64,000 bases of DNA from Firmicutes bacterium ADurb.Bin248 (GTDB taxonomy: Bacteria; Bacillota; Clostridia; Christensenellales; CAG-138). The notes beneath the pieces are model-generated. The model worked only from the letters and a program-made list of their open reading frames with translations, had not been told where the DNA came from and ran no database searches. The DNA lies in NCBI GenBank assembly GCA_002069725.1, contig MWBW01000006.1, forward strand, positions 15,974-79,973, given 5' to 3'. Positions 11,102 to 20,750 of the stretch are shown here, piece by piece. Made by a program: the position numbers and the translations under genes. How positions within the stretch are numbered: the stretch's first letter is position 1; each line of letters starts with the position of its first letter.

Positions 11102-12466
11102 ATGGTCGATGGAAAAAAGCGCGCCGTGGTCGTCGGCATGGCGCGCAGCGGCGTATCCGCCGCAAAGCTGCTCGCTCGCGACGGCTACGAGGTTGTGATA
11201 AACGATATGAAGCCCCATATAGACGGTCTATCCGATAAGCTTGCGGGCATAGACTATATCGACGCGTTGGGGAGGGACCCGGTGGAACTGCTCGGCGGCG
11301 CCGATCTGATGGTGCTCAGCCCCGTCGTGCCGATATTCGCGCCGTTCGCGGACGCGGCGCGCGCGCGAGGCGTCGAGGTCATCGGCGAGATCGAACTCGG
11401 CTACCAGTATTGCGATCGCGGCGCGAAGTTCGTCTGCGTCAGCGGCACCAACGGCAAAACCACGACCACCGCGCTCGCGGGCGAGCTGTTCCGCGCGTGC
11501 AACCGGCGCACGTTCGTGCTGGGCAACATCGGCGTACCCATCACGGAGCACGCGCTGGAGACGAGGGCGGGGGATTTCGTCGTGGCGGAGACCGCGGCGC
11601 TCCAGCTCGAGAGCATCCGCGACTTCAGGCCGAACGCCTTTGGCATGCTCAACATCGCCGAGGACCACCTGAACCGCTTCCAGTACCGCATGGAGAACTA
11701 CGTCGCCGCCAAATGCCGCGGCTTCGAGAACCAGACGGCTGCGGACTTCGCCGTGCTGAACCTCGACGACCCGACCGTGCGCGCTATGGCGAAGCTGACG
11801 AAAGCGCGGGCGCTGTTCTTCTCCCGGCGCGAGGAGGTCGAAAACGGCATGTTCCTTCGCGGCGATCGCATGGTATGGCGGTTCGACGGGAAGGAAACGG
11901 AGCTCGTCGAAACGCGGGAGCTTCGCATCCCCGGCGGGCACAACGTCGCGAACGCGCTGTGCGCGGCGGCTCTGGCGATGTGCATGGGGCTTGAGGCGGA
12001 GGGCGTCTGCGCGGGCCTTAGGAGCTTCCCGGGCGTGGAGCACCGCATCGAGTTCGTGCGCGAGCTTGACGGCGTCGTCTACATCAACGACTCGAAGGGC
12101 ACCAATCCGGATTCCACCATCAAAGCGGTCGAGGCCATGACGCGGCCGGCCGTGCTGCTGCTGGGCGTGGGCAATTACGACAAAAAGAGCGATTTCGCGC
12201 CGCTCTTTCACGCGTTCGGCGGCAGGATCAAGCATGTGATCGCCTCGGGCTGCAACGTGCCCGCGATACTCAGGGCGGCGGAGGAGACGGGTTACGCCTC
12301 AATCACCGTCAACGACGGGCCGCTCATGGATATGATACGCGAGGCGCGCGCGCTGTGCGAGCCCGGGGATGCGGTGCTGCTCTCGCCGGCCGCGGCGAGC
12401 TGGGGCATCTACGAGGACTTCGAGCAGCGCGGCAGGATATTCAAGGAGCTTGTAAACTCGCTGTAA
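11102..12466 (+). CDS. murD: UDP-MurNAc-L-alanine:D-glutamate ligase
   Basis: ATG 11102 has GGAGG 9 nt upstream (ATG 11096 is also possible). GMARSG dinucleotide-fold start, P-loop SGTNGKTTT. Confidence 0.92.
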   Translation: MVDGKKRAVVVGMARSGVSAAKLLARDGYEVVINDMKPHIDGLSDKLAGIDYIDALGRDPVELLGGADLMVLSPVVPIFAPFADAARARGVEVIGEIELGYQYCDRGAKFVCVSGTNGKTTTTALAGELFRACNRRTFVLGNIGVPITEHALETRAGDFVVAETAALQLESIRDFRPNAFGMLNIAEDHLNRFQYRMENYVAAKCRGFENQTAADFAVLNLDDPTVRAMAKLTKARALFFSRREEVENGMFLRGDRMVWRFDGKETELVETRELRIPGGHNVANALCAAALAMCMGLEAEGVCAGLRSFPGVEHRIEFVRELDGVVYINDSKGTNPDSTIKAVEAMTRPAVLLLGVGNYDKKSDFAPLFHAFGGRIKHVIASGCNVPAILRAAEETGYASITVNDGPLMDMIREARALCEPGDAVLLSPAAASWGIYEDFEQRGRIFKELVNSL

Positions 12467-12478
12467 AGGAGCGTGCGC

Positions 12479-13672
12479 GTGGCGGGGAAGGGAAGGGCGG
12501 TTTCGGGCGCAAGGCCCGCGGCCGCGGAAAAATCAAAAGTCCTCCACCTTGCCGGTTCCGGCACGGAGCGCGGCCCCGTCGCCCGCAGGGCGGGGCAGAT
12601 GGATTTTTCGCTCTTCATCGCGGTCGTGATCGTGTGCGCGTTCGGCCTTGTGATGGTGTTTTCCTCGAGCTATTACTACGCGCAGGACAGGGGGCTCGAC
12701 AACGGCTATTATTATTTGAAGAACCAGGCCATGTTCCTGGCGCTCGGCCTGGCGCTGATGCTGATACTCTCGCGCGTCGACTACCACAAGTGGGAAAAGC
12801 TGCGCGTCGTCGGCCTGGCGGGCGTGATGCTTCTGATGTTCGCCGTGGTGTTCTTCGGCGAAACGCGCAACGGCGCGACGCGCTGGCTGGAGATCGGCGG
12901 CGTGTCCTTCCAGCCCTCGGAGCTCGCGAAGTTCGTGCTGCTTTTGTACATGGCGGCCTTTATGGCCAAGCGCCCGCACCTGATGAACAGCTTCTCGCGC
13001 GGGCTGATGCCCATGCTCATGATCATTGCCGCCATCAGCGCGGTGCTGCTGCTGCAAAAGAACATGTCGATGATGATCATCGTGCTGCTCACGGGCATCG
13101 TGATGCTCTACCTCGGCGGCGCGCAGATCAAGCATCTGCTGCTGCTCGCGGCCGTCGCCGCGCCGATCGTGTTCGTTTTCATCAAGAGCGCGGATTATCG
13201 CTGGTCCCGCGTGCTGATGTTCGTCGATCCCTGGAATTCAGATCAGGACGGCGCCTACCAGCTCCGCCAATCCCTGCTCGCGCTCGGCTCCGGCGGCCTG
13301 TTCGGGCAGGGGCTCAACTTCAGCCGCCAGAAACTCTTGTTCCTGCCCTACGGCGAGAGCGACTTCATCTTCTCGATCATCGGCGAGGAGCTCGGCTTTC
13401 TGGGCTGCCTTTGCGTCATCGGGATGTACGGCTTCATCGTCTACCGCGGCGTGCGCGTCGCCATACGCTGCAAGGATAGGTTCGGGAGCCTCATGGCCTC
13501 GGGCATTACGGCCGTGCTCGGGATACAGGCGGCGGTCAACATCGCCGTCGCGACCAGCTCCGTGCCGCCGACGGGGCAGACGCTGCCCTTCATCAGCGCG
13601 GGCGGAAGCTCGCTTGTCATATTCATGTGCGCGATGGGCATTTTGCTCAATATTTCGCGCAATATCGAGTAG
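12479..13672 (+). CDS. ftsW: SEDS-family peptidoglycan glycosyltransferase FtsW/SpoVE
   Basis: Ten-TM SEDS profile with the C-terminal motif PPTGQTLPFISAGGSS. The start is uncertain (GTG 12473/12479 after AAGGAG, or ATG 12599). Confidence 0.88.
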   Translation: MAGKGRAVSGARPAAAEKSKVLHLAGSGTERGPVARRAGQMDFSLFIAVVIVCAFGLVMVFSSSYYYAQDRGLDNGYYYLKNQAMFLALGLALMLILSRVDYHKWEKLRVVGLAGVMLLMFAVVFFGETRNGATRWLEIGGVSFQPSELAKFVLLLYMAAFMAKRPHLMNSFSRGLMPMLMIIAAISAVLLLQKNMSMMIIVLLTGIVMLYLGGAQIKHLLLLAAVAAPIVFVFIKSADYRWSRVLMFVDPWNSDQDGAYQLRQSLLALGSGGLFGQGLNFSRQKLLFLPYGESDFIFSIIGEELGFLGCLCVIGMYGFIVYRGVRVAIRCKDRFGSLMASGITAVLGIQAAVNIAVATSSVPPTGQTLPFISAGGSSLVIFMCAMGILLNISRNIE

Positions 13673-13747
13673 AAACCGCGCCGCGAACGAAAGAAGGGCT
13701 CTCCGCATAAGATGGAATGTGCCGTTTTATGGCGGAGAGGAGAGGGC

Positions 13748-15010
13748 ATGGCATCCATCGTAGTTTCCGGCGGACGACCGCTGAGAGGCAGCATCCGTGT
13801 TTCCGGCGCGAAAAACGCCGCTTTGCCTATTCTGGCGGGAAGTCTTCTCACCAAAGCGCCCGTGAAGCTGGAGAACTGCCCCCGACTGCGGGACGTTGAC
13901 AATATGCTCGCCATACTCACGGAGTTGGGCGTGGAGGCCGTCTGGAAGGACGGCGCGCTCGAACTGGATTCCTCGCGCGCGCACAGCTACGTCATGCCGC
14001 AGGGGCCCTCCAAGGAGCTGCGCTCCTCGATTTTCATGCTCGGTTCGCTGCTCGGGCGTTTCGGCCACGCGGTGTGCACGCATCCGGGCGGATGCGAAAT
14101 CGGCCACAGGCCGATCGATCTGCACATCAAGGGGCTCACGATGCTCGGCGCGGACGTGCGCGAGACGCACGGCGTGATCGTCTGCGACGGGGAAAACCTG
14201 ACCGCCGCCGACATCCACCTCGACTATCCGAGCGTGGGCGCGACGGAGAACATCATCATGGCCGCGGTCGGCGCGGAGGGGGAGACGCTGATCCACAACG
14301 CCGCGCGCGAGCCGGAGATCGAGGATCTCCAGACCTTCCTCAACGCGCAGGGCCACGAGATCAGCGGCGCGGGCAGCAGCACCGTGCGCATCGTCGGCAA
14401 GCGCCCCGTGCGGGACGACGTCGTCGTCGAGCACAGGATCATGCCGGACCGCATCGTCGCGGGCACGCTGCTGTGCGGCGCGGCGATCACCGGCGGGGAG
14501 ATCACGCTCACGGGAACCGCGCCCGCGCACCTGGGCAGCATCATCGCAAAGCTGCGCGAGGCGGGCTGCCAGATCAGCGCGCGCGCCCAGAGCATACGCC
14601 TCTCGGCGCCCGAGCGGCCGGGCGAGATCAAGCTCATCGAGACGCTGCCCTACCCGGGTTTCCCCACGGATATGCAGGCGCAGTTCTTCGCGCTCTGCTG
14701 CGTCGCGAAGGGCACGAGCGTCATCGTGGAGAACGTGTTCGAGAACCGCTTCAAGCACGGCGCCGAGCTGCAGCGCATGGGCGCGATCTTCACGCAGAAG
14801 GACAGGACCATCATCATCCGCGGCGTCGAGAAGCTCACCGGCGCGCGCGTCACGGCAAAGGATCTGCGCGGCGGCGCGGCGCTGACCATCGCGGGGCTTG
14901 CGGCGGAGGGGGAAACGGTGGTCGAGAACGCGGAGTTCATCGACCGCGGCTACGAGAGGCTCGAGGAGATGTTCCTCGCCCTCGGCGCGGACATCAGAAG
15001 AGAGGGTTAG
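13748..15010 (+). CDS. murA: UDP-N-acetylglucosamine 1-carboxyvinyltransferase
   Basis: Starts MASIVVSGGRPLRGSIRVSGAKNAALP. Active-site Cys loop GGCEIGHRPIDLH. C-terminus FIDRGYERLEE. Confidence 0.93.
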   Translation: MASIVVSGGRPLRGSIRVSGAKNAALPILAGSLLTKAPVKLENCPRLRDVDNMLAILTELGVEAVWKDGALELDSSRAHSYVMPQGPSKELRSSIFMLGSLLGRFGHAVCTHPGGCEIGHRPIDLHIKGLTMLGADVRETHGVIVCDGENLTAADIHLDYPSVGATENIIMAAVGAEGETLIHNAAREPEIEDLQTFLNAQGHEISGAGSSTVRIVGKRPVRDDVVVEHRIMPDRIVAGTLLCGAAITGGEITLTGTAPAHLGSIIAKLREAGCQISARAQSIRLSAPERPGEIKLIETLPYPGFPTDMQAQFFALCCVAKGTSVIVENVFENRFKHGAELQRMGAIFTQKDRTIIIRGVEKLTGARVTAKDLRGGAALTIAGLAAEGETVVENAEFIDRGYERLEEMFLALGADIRREG

Positions 15011-15012
15011 CT

Positions 15013-16212
15013 ATGGACGGCGGATCGGGACGCGAGTACGGTGCGAAGGGCTTGAACCTTCGCCCGTTCGCCGCGCACGGCGGCGCGGGGCTCGACATGT
15101 CCCGCCCTGCCGAGGAGCTGCTCGAGCGGGAACCCGTCGAAACGGACAAGCCGGCCTACGCGCCCGCGAAGCGGAAACCGCGCGCCCAGACGCCGCGCAA
15201 GGCGAGTCCGCAAAGCACAAGCCGGCGCGGGACAAGCTCCCGGGTCGCAAGCCCGGAGGGCGCAAACCCGCGCCCGCAACCGCGTTCCGCGGCAAGGAGG
15301 CGGCCACTGACCGAGCGGGAGAAGCTCGCCCTCGCGCGGCGGATGAAACTCAACCGCTTCATCTCCATGTGCGTCGCGGCCGTGGTTTTTCTCGCGGCGC
15401 TGCTGCTCGCGTGGTTCCTGCTGATCGTGGACGAAATCGAGGTCGCGGGCAACGAGCGGCTCGCAAGCGAGCAGATCGTCGAAGCCTCCGGGCTCAAGAC
15501 CGGCAGGCATACGTGGCTTATGAACCTCGGGGAGGCCGGAGAGCGCATCGAGCAGAACCCCTACGTCGCGGGCGCGACCGTCGCGCGCGTCTATCCGGAC
15601 AAGCTGCTCATCACGGTTTCGGAGCGCGGCGAAGCCGCCGTGATCGTGGGGCTCAACGCGCAGGCGGTCATCGCGCCGGACGGCTACGTCCTCTCCATAG
15701 GCGCGCGCGCGGACTACAAAGGGCTCATCAAGATATCCGGCATGGGCTCGGGCGGCTATCACGTCGGGCAGAGGCTCGGCGAGGAATCCGACTTCAACGC
15801 GCGCACGCTCGTGGCGCTGCTCGCCGCCATCTACGGCGCGGGCGTCGAGGGGGACATCGACTTCGTCGACATGAGCAATCCCCTGAGCGTCTTTATGACC
15901 ACGACCGGCGGGCTCAAGCTGCACATCGGCCAGCCGGACGACCTTGAGAACAAGCTCGCGAACTACCTTGCCGTGCTGCCCAAGCTCGTCGAGCTGGGCC
16001 TCGCCTCATCCGGCACGCTGGACCTCGGCGCGATGGGCGACCCTGTGTATTCGCCCGAAGGAACCGTTCTGCCCGATCCCGGCGGCGGCACGCCCGATCC
16101 GGACGGCGGCACGCCCGATCCCGCGGACCCGAGCCGGGCGCCCGGGCAAAGCAGTCCGTCACCCTCGGCAAGCCCGACGCCGGACGACACCGGGGATGCT
16201 TTTTCAGGCTGA
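15013..16212 (+). CDS. ftsQ: Cell division protein FtsQ/DivIB
   Basis: The ATG lies 3 nt after the murA stop. Basic/Pro-rich N-tail, TM (FISMCVAAVVFLAALLLAWFLLIV), POTRA (VDEIEVAGNERLASEQIVEASGL), and a Pro/Asp-rich tail with a GGTPDP duplication. Confidence 0.8.
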   Translation: MDGGSGREYGAKGLNLRPFAAHGGAGLDMSRPAEELLEREPVETDKPAYAPAKRKPRAQTPRKASPQSTSRRGTSSRVASPEGANPRPQPRSAARRRPLTEREKLALARRMKLNRFISMCVAAVVFLAALLLAWFLLIVDEIEVAGNERLASEQIVEASGLKTGRHTWLMNLGEAGERIEQNPYVAGATVARVYPDKLLITVSERGEAAVIVGLNAQAVIAPDGYVLSIGARADYKGLIKISGMGSGGYHVGQRLGEESDFNARTLVALLAAIYGAGVEGDIDFVDMSNPLSVFMTTTGGLKLHIGQPDDLENKLANYLAVLPKLVELGLASSGTLDLGAMGDPVYSPEGTVLPDPGGGTPDPDGGTPDPADPSRAPGQSSPSPSASPTPDDTGDAFSG

Positions 16213-16367
16213 TGAGCATGTAAATTGGTAACATTTGGCGGAATAACGCTTGCGAGTCTTGAACAATATATGGTGTATGTGGTATTCTTTGAATACTGGG
16301 ATGGGTATGCCCGTGCGTTTTCGGCCGCTCGGCCGCGCGCGTCGCAGCCCGGTTGAACGGAGGGCGG

Positions 16368-17567
16368 ATGAGCCAGAATACCGCGATATTGGATATCGGC
16401 AGCTCGAAGGTGATCTGCCTGATCTGCGGCGACGATGGCAAGGACAACATACTCGTCCAGGGGGCGGGCATACGCGAATACCGGGGGTATCGCCGCGGCC
16501 AGCTCGAGGACGAGCAGAGCCTGTCCGACGCGATCGTGGACGCGCTCTCCGCCGCCGAAACGGAGGCGAAGCACCGCGTGCGGGATATCTCCGTCGGCGT
16601 TCCGGCACCGTTCATGAAGCTGGTTTGCCACGAAGGGCGGATCAGCGTCAAAAACAGGAACAAGCGCGTCACCCACAAGGATGTGGACGAGCTGATCAAC
16701 GCCTCGCTCGATTTCGAGGCGCCCGCGGGCTTTGAACTGATCAGCAGCACGCCCGTGGAGTTCGTCGCGGACGGCATGCCGCGCGCGGATACGCCCGTGG
16801 GCATGAGCGCGGCGGAGTTGGGCTCGTACGTATCCCACATCTATGTGGACGGGCGCTTCAAGCGCCTCGTGTCGGACGCGCTGCTGCGCGTCGGGCTCGA
16901 CGCGGACATGTACATCGCGGTGCCGCTCTCGGAAGGGCTCTTCGTCATACCGGAAGACGAGCGCGCGCGCGGCGCCGTGCTCATCGACACCGGGGCGGCC
17001 CACACGGACGTATGCCTGATCCGCAACGGCGCGCTCGTGGACATACGCACCATCGACGCGGGCGGCAACCACTTCACTTCCGACCTGTGCTACGGCCTGG
17101 GGCTGACGAGGCCCGTGGCCGAGAACGTCAAGCGGCGCTATGTTTATTCGCTTGACTATCAGGACAGCATAGATACCATCCGCAACCCCAACGGCGGCGT
17201 GATGAAGGTGGAACATGAAACCATCCAGTACATCATCGAGGAGCGCACGCGCGAGCTCGCGATGCTCATATCGGCCGCCATGCGCGAAATGGGCGCGGAA
17301 CCGGAGAAGGGCGTCAGCGTCTACATGACGGGCGGCGGCGTGACGCTCATGCGCGGGAGCTGCGAGTTCATGGAGCGCGAGATGGGGCTGCCCATACAGG
17401 TGCGCATGCCCTGGATGCCGCGCCTGAGCTCGCCCAACTACGCGAGCGCATTCTCCGTGATGGACTTCGTGATGCACGCGACGGACGAGGACAACGCGGG
17501 CAGGCTCGAGGGCGCGGGCATGAGAAGGAAAGCGATCAGGAAGCTTCGGGACTTCTTCAAATTATAA
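16368..17567 (+). CDS. ftsA: Cell division protein FtsA
   Basis: ATG 16368 follows GGAGGG. Actin-like ATPase start [14 protein letters not shown], phosphate-2 motif [11 protein letters not shown]. Lies before ftsZ. Confidence 0.92.
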   Translation: MSQNTAILDIGSSKVICLICGDDGKDNILVQGAGIREYRGYRRGQLEDEQSLSDAIVDALSAAETEAKHRVRDISVGVPAPFMKLVCHEGRISVKNRNKRVTHKDVDELINASLDFEAPAGFELISSTPVEFVADGMPRADTPVGMSAAELGSYVSHIYVDGRFKRLVSDALLRVGLDADMYIAVPLSEGLFVIPEDERARGAVLIDTGAAHTDVCLIRNGALVDIRTIDAGGNHFTSDLCYGLGLTRPVAENVKRRYVYSLDYQDSIDTIRNPNGGVMKVEHETIQYIIEERTRELAMLISAAMREMGAEPEKGVSVYMTGGGVTLMRGSCEFMEREMGLPIQVRMPWMPRLSSPNYASAFSVMDFVMHATDEDNAGRLEGAGMRRKAIRKLRDFFKL

Positions 17568-17580
17568 GGAGGATATTCAT

Positions 17581-18828
17581 ATGCCGTTCGGTCTGGATTT
17601 CGAGAGCAGCCAGCCGGCCCAGCTCAAGGTCGTGGGCGTGGGGGGCGCCGGCAACAACGCGGTCGATCGCATGATACAATACGGCCTTCGCGGGGTGGAA
17701 TTCATATCCGTCAATACGGACAAGCAGTTCCTCAACCTCTCGCGCGCGAACCAGAAGATCCAGATCGGCGAAAAGGTCACGCGCGGCCTCGGCGCGGGAG
17801 CGGATCCCGAGATGGGGCGCAAAGCCGCCGAAGAGAGCCGGGATGTGATCTCGGACGCCCTCAGAGGCGCGGACCTCGTGTTCATCACCGCGGGCATGGG
17901 CGGCGGCACGGGCACGGGCGCGGCGCCCATCGTCGCTTCCTGCGCGAAGGAACTGGGCATACTGACCATCGGCGTCGTGACCAAGCCCTTCTCCTTCGAG
18001 GGGAAGGTTCGCATGAACAACGCCGTCAACGGCATCATGAACCTCAAGGAAAACGTGGACACGCTGATCATCGTGCCCAACGACAGACTGCTCGACACGG
18101 GGCGCAACGTCACCCTGACCGAGGCTTTCCTCATCGCGGACGACGTGCTGCGCCAGGGCGTGCAGGGCATCAGCGACCTGATCGCCGTGCCGGGCCTCAT
18201 CAACCTCGACTTTGCGGACGTGCGCACCATCATGAAGGAGCGCGGCATGGCGCACATGGGCATCGGCGTCGCCACGGGCGACGAGCGCGCGGTCAACGCG
18301 GCCAAACAGGCCGTGGAAAGCTCACTGCTCGAAACGAGCATCAACGGCGCGCGCGGCGTCATCATCAACATCAGCGGCGGCGTGGGGCTGACCATGATCG
18401 AGGTGCGGGACGCCGCGGCCTACATCCAGAATTACGCAGACCCGAGCGCGAACATCATCTTCGGCGCGGGCATCGACGACGAATTGGGCGACGCCATACG
18501 CATCACGGTCATCGCGACGGGCTTCGACTCGAAGGAAGAGAAGGAAAAGACCACGCCCGGACGCCGCAGTTCCGTGGAGCCGCCCCAGCCGCAGCGGCCC
18601 GCGACCATAGGGCAGCTCAAGAACGAAAAGAACGACACCCGCGGCCCCGACACGAGCTGGCTCGAGCGTCCGCGCCAGAAGAAGCCCGAGTACGCCTCCC
18701 CCCTGCCGGACGGCGAGGAGGTCACGCCGCACTTCACGCGCAAGGACCTGCCGCATGAGGACTACAACCCCAAGGAGAAGAACAACCTCGATCTGCCCAG
18801 CTTCCTGCGCAACAAGGACGGGAAGTAA
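17581..18828 (+). CDS. ftsZ: Cell division GTPase FtsZ
   Basis: AGGAGG RBS. Tubulin signature [15 protein letters not shown], long linker, conserved C-terminal peptide DLPSFLR. Confidence 0.97.
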   Translation: MPFGLDFESSQPAQLKVVGVGGAGNNAVDRMIQYGLRGVEFISVNTDKQFLNLSRANQKIQIGEKVTRGLGAGADPEMGRKAAEESRDVISDALRGADLVFITAGMGGGTGTGAAPIVASCAKELGILTIGVVTKPFSFEGKVRMNNAVNGIMNLKENVDTLIIVPNDRLLDTGRNVTLTEAFLIADDVLRQGVQGISDLIAVPGLINLDFADVRTIMKERGMAHMGIGVATGDERAVNAAKQAVESSLLETSINGARGVIINISGGVGLTMIEVRDAAAYIQNYADPSANIIFGAGIDDELGDAIRITVIATGFDSKEEKEKTTPGRRSSVEPPQPQRPATIGQLKNEKNDTRGPDTSWLERPRQKKPEYASPLPDGEEVTPHFTRKDLPHEDYNPKEKNNLDLPSFLRNKDGK

Positions 18829-18837
18829 ATAATTAAT

Positions 18838-18861
18838 AATTGACAATTGACAATTGACAAT
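18838..18861 (+). repeat. Tandem heptamer AATTGAC x3.4 (TTGACAATTGACAATTGACAAT) in a pure-AT patch right after the ftsZ stop
   Basis: Direct reading. It is preceded by AATAATT x2 (18829-18842) and contains overlapping CAATTG palindromes. Confidence 0.85.
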
Positions 18862-18890
18862 CAAAGAACGCCGCCTGCGGGCGGAGCGTA

Positions 18891-18913
18891 GGGGCCGATT
18901 TCATATCGGCCCC
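18891..18913 (+). terminator. Stem-loop downstream of ftsZ
   Basis: GGGGCCGAT-ttcat-ATCGGCCCC (9-bp stem), preceded by a smaller CCGCC-tgcg-GGCGG hairpin (18871-18884). There is no strong T-run. Confidence 0.5.
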
Positions 18914-19077
18914 TAATTCGTGTGGCTGCGTTTTGCGCGTTCCGCCACAATCGTACAAAGAGTCCCCCCGAATCCGTTCATATCCGCGATGCGTTTTCGC
19001 GCTATGATAACGTCATAACAATGTGGTGGAGCTTATCGGGCGGGCAGGGTGAGGTTTCTTCGGTTTTTCGCCTGAAG

Positions 19078-19113
19078 CAAAGGGTTTCCGCCGGCGTCGG
19101 CGGAAACCCTTTG
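19078..19113. other. Perfect 16-bp hairpin in the ftsZ-spoIIGA spacer
   Basis: CAAAGGGTTTCCGCCG-gcgt-CGGCGGAAACCCTTTG. No flanking T-run on either strand. Function unknown. Confidence 0.6.
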
Positions 19114-19226
19114 CCTTTGCCGCGCCGCGGCCGATCGGCCTTCGACAGCAAAGGGGCGTTTTCTTTCCCGCAGTTCTACATATACGGCGTAAGGAATATG
19201 ATACATTGTCCGCAGAAGGTTCGCCT

Positions 19227-19976
19227 ATGTATATCGAATTGTTTATTCTGGATAACTTCGTCATGGACGCGCTGCTGCTCCGGCTTGCGTGCGCGCTGTG
19301 CGCGGCGCCCGCGCGGCTTTCGCGGCTGCTGCTGTTCTCGCTGCTGGGTTCCGCGCTCGCCTTCGCCTCGCTGCTCTTCGCGCCGCTCGCCTCGCTTCCC
19401 GGCAAGCTGATCTGCGCCATGCTCATGGCTTTGGCGCTGCCGGTATACAGCTTCGGGTCGTACCTTCGCGCGCTCGGCTGCGTGCTCGCCTCCGCTTTGC
19501 TCGTGGGCGGGCTCGCGCTCCTGCTTGCTCTCGCGGATGGCGGCGGCATGTCGGGCGGTGTGCTCATGGGGGCGTGGAAGCTTCGCACGGCGCTGATCGT
19601 CGCGGGGGTCGCGGCCTTCGCGCCGCCGGTCGTTCGCCATTTGCGCATGAAAGGGCAAACGCGCTGCGCCAAGGTGCTGCTCGTCTTTGCGGGAAAGGAG
19701 CACAGGCTTCGCGGGCTGTGGGATACGGGCGCGCGGCTCTACGAGCCGGTAAGCGGGCGGCCTGTGATCGCGGCGCATCTGCCCGCGCTTGCGGATGAGG
19801 CGAAGATACCGGTGCCCGCGTCCACGGTTTCGGGGGAAACCATGCTTTACGCGCTCAAGCCCGACGCGCTGTTCATCGACGGCCGCGCGTCGGATGCGCT
19901 GGTCGCGCCCATCGGGGCGCAGCTTCGCGGCGCGGAAGCCATCATACCATACAGGATATTCGGGGAGGTACGATGA
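19227..19976 (+). CDS. spoIIGA: Sigma-E processing aspartic peptidase SpoIIGA
   Basis: ATG 19227. Hydrophobic N-terminal half with multiple TM helices, aspartic protease motif GLWDTGA. The stop overlaps the sigE ATG (ATGA). Confidence 0.85.
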   Translation: MYIELFILDNFVMDALLLRLACALCAAPARLSRLLLFSLLGSALAFASLLFAPLASLPGKLICAMLMALALPVYSFGSYLRALGCVLASALLVGGLALLLALADGGGMSGGVLMGAWKLRTALIVAGVAAFAPPVVRHLRMKGQTRCAKVLLVFAGKEHRLRGLWDTGARLYEPVSGRPVIAAHLPALADEAKIPVPASTVSGETMLYALKPDALFIDGRASDALVAPIGAQLRGAEAIIPYRIFGEVR

Positions 19977-20680
19977 AAACGTTGATTTACCGGTTCCTCG
20001 CATGGTTCTACCGCCGCGCGCGGCTTTTCCTGCCGGTCTACTACGTTAATTCCGGCGAGGCGCTGCCGCCGCCTTTGAGCAAGAGGGAAGAGGACGAGTG
20101 TATCCGCGCGCTCGCAAAGGGCGATTTGAGCGTGCGCCAGACGCTCATAGAAAGGAACCTGCGCCTCGTGGTCTACATCGCGCGCAAGTTCGAAAACACG
20201 GGCGTCAACGTGGAGGATCTGATCTCCATCGGCACGATCGGCCTCATCAAGGCGGTCAATACGTTCGATACGGAAAAGCGCATCAAGCTTGCGACCTATG
20301 CCTCGCGCTGCATCGAGAACGAAATACTGATGTATCTTCGCCGGAGCTGCCGCCTCAAGCTCGAGGTTTCCCTCGACGAGCCGCTCAACATCGACTGGGA
20401 CGGCAACGAGCTGCTCCTTTCGGATATCCTCGGCACGGACGGCGACCTCGTGTGCCGCAACATCGAGGACGAGGTCGATAAGGAGCTGCTCTCCATCGCC
20501 ATGCGTAAGCTCTCTCCGCGCGAGAAGCGCATCATGGAGCTGCGCTTCGGCCTCGAGGGCAGGCAGGAATACACGCAAAAGCAGGTCGCGGATATGCTGG
20601 GCATCTCGCAGAGCTACATCTCGCGGCTCGAAAAGCACATATTGAACACGCTTCGCAAGGAAATGATCGCCATGCTGTGA
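19973..20680 (+). CDS. sigE: Sporulation sigma factor E (pro-sigma-E)
   Basis: N-terminal pro-sequence ([25 protein letters not shown]), then sigma-70 regions 2-4 ([42 protein letters not shown]). Confidence 0.93.
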   Translation: MKTLIYRFLAWFYRRARLFLPVYYVNSGEALPPPLSKREEDECIRALAKGDLSVRQTLIERNLRLVVYIARKFENTGVNVEDLISIGTIGLIKAVNTFDTEKRIKLATYASRCIENEILMYLRRSCRLKLEVSLDEPLNIDWDGNELLLSDILGTDGDLVCRNIEDEVDKELLSIAMRKLSPREKRIMELRFGLEGRQEYTQKQVADMLGISQSYISRLEKHILNTLRKEMIAML

Positions 20681-20707
20681 GGGCATTTATCATGGAATCA
20701 TAAAGTA

Positions 20708-20729
20708 AGGCGCGCCGGGCGGCGCGCCT
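20708..20729. terminator. Bidirectional GC hairpin between convergent sigE and the aldo/keto reductase gene
   Basis: AGGCGCGCC-gggc-GGCGCGCCT. Confidence 0.6.
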
Positions 20730-20750
20730 CAGCCATAGTTTGGGTTGTTC

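Noticed and set aside
12355-13479. 374-aa plus-strand ORF overlapping ftsW in another frame
   Set aside because: It has Arg/Gly-rich composition and no motifs. The ftsW frame carries clear SEDS-family TM segments and motifs.
14074-15012. Upstream 313 codons of ORF 14074..16212 (which would give a 712-aa FtsQ)
   Set aside because: This part overlaps murA out of frame and is Arg/Gly/His-rich junk. The FtsQ-like sequence (TM + POTRA) begins after ATG 15013, 3 nt past the murA stop.
18922-19410. 162-aa ORF in the ftsZ-spoIIGA spacer
   Set aside because: It has no RBS, runs through a 16-bp perfect hairpin and continues out of frame into spoIIGA. The composition is not protein-like.
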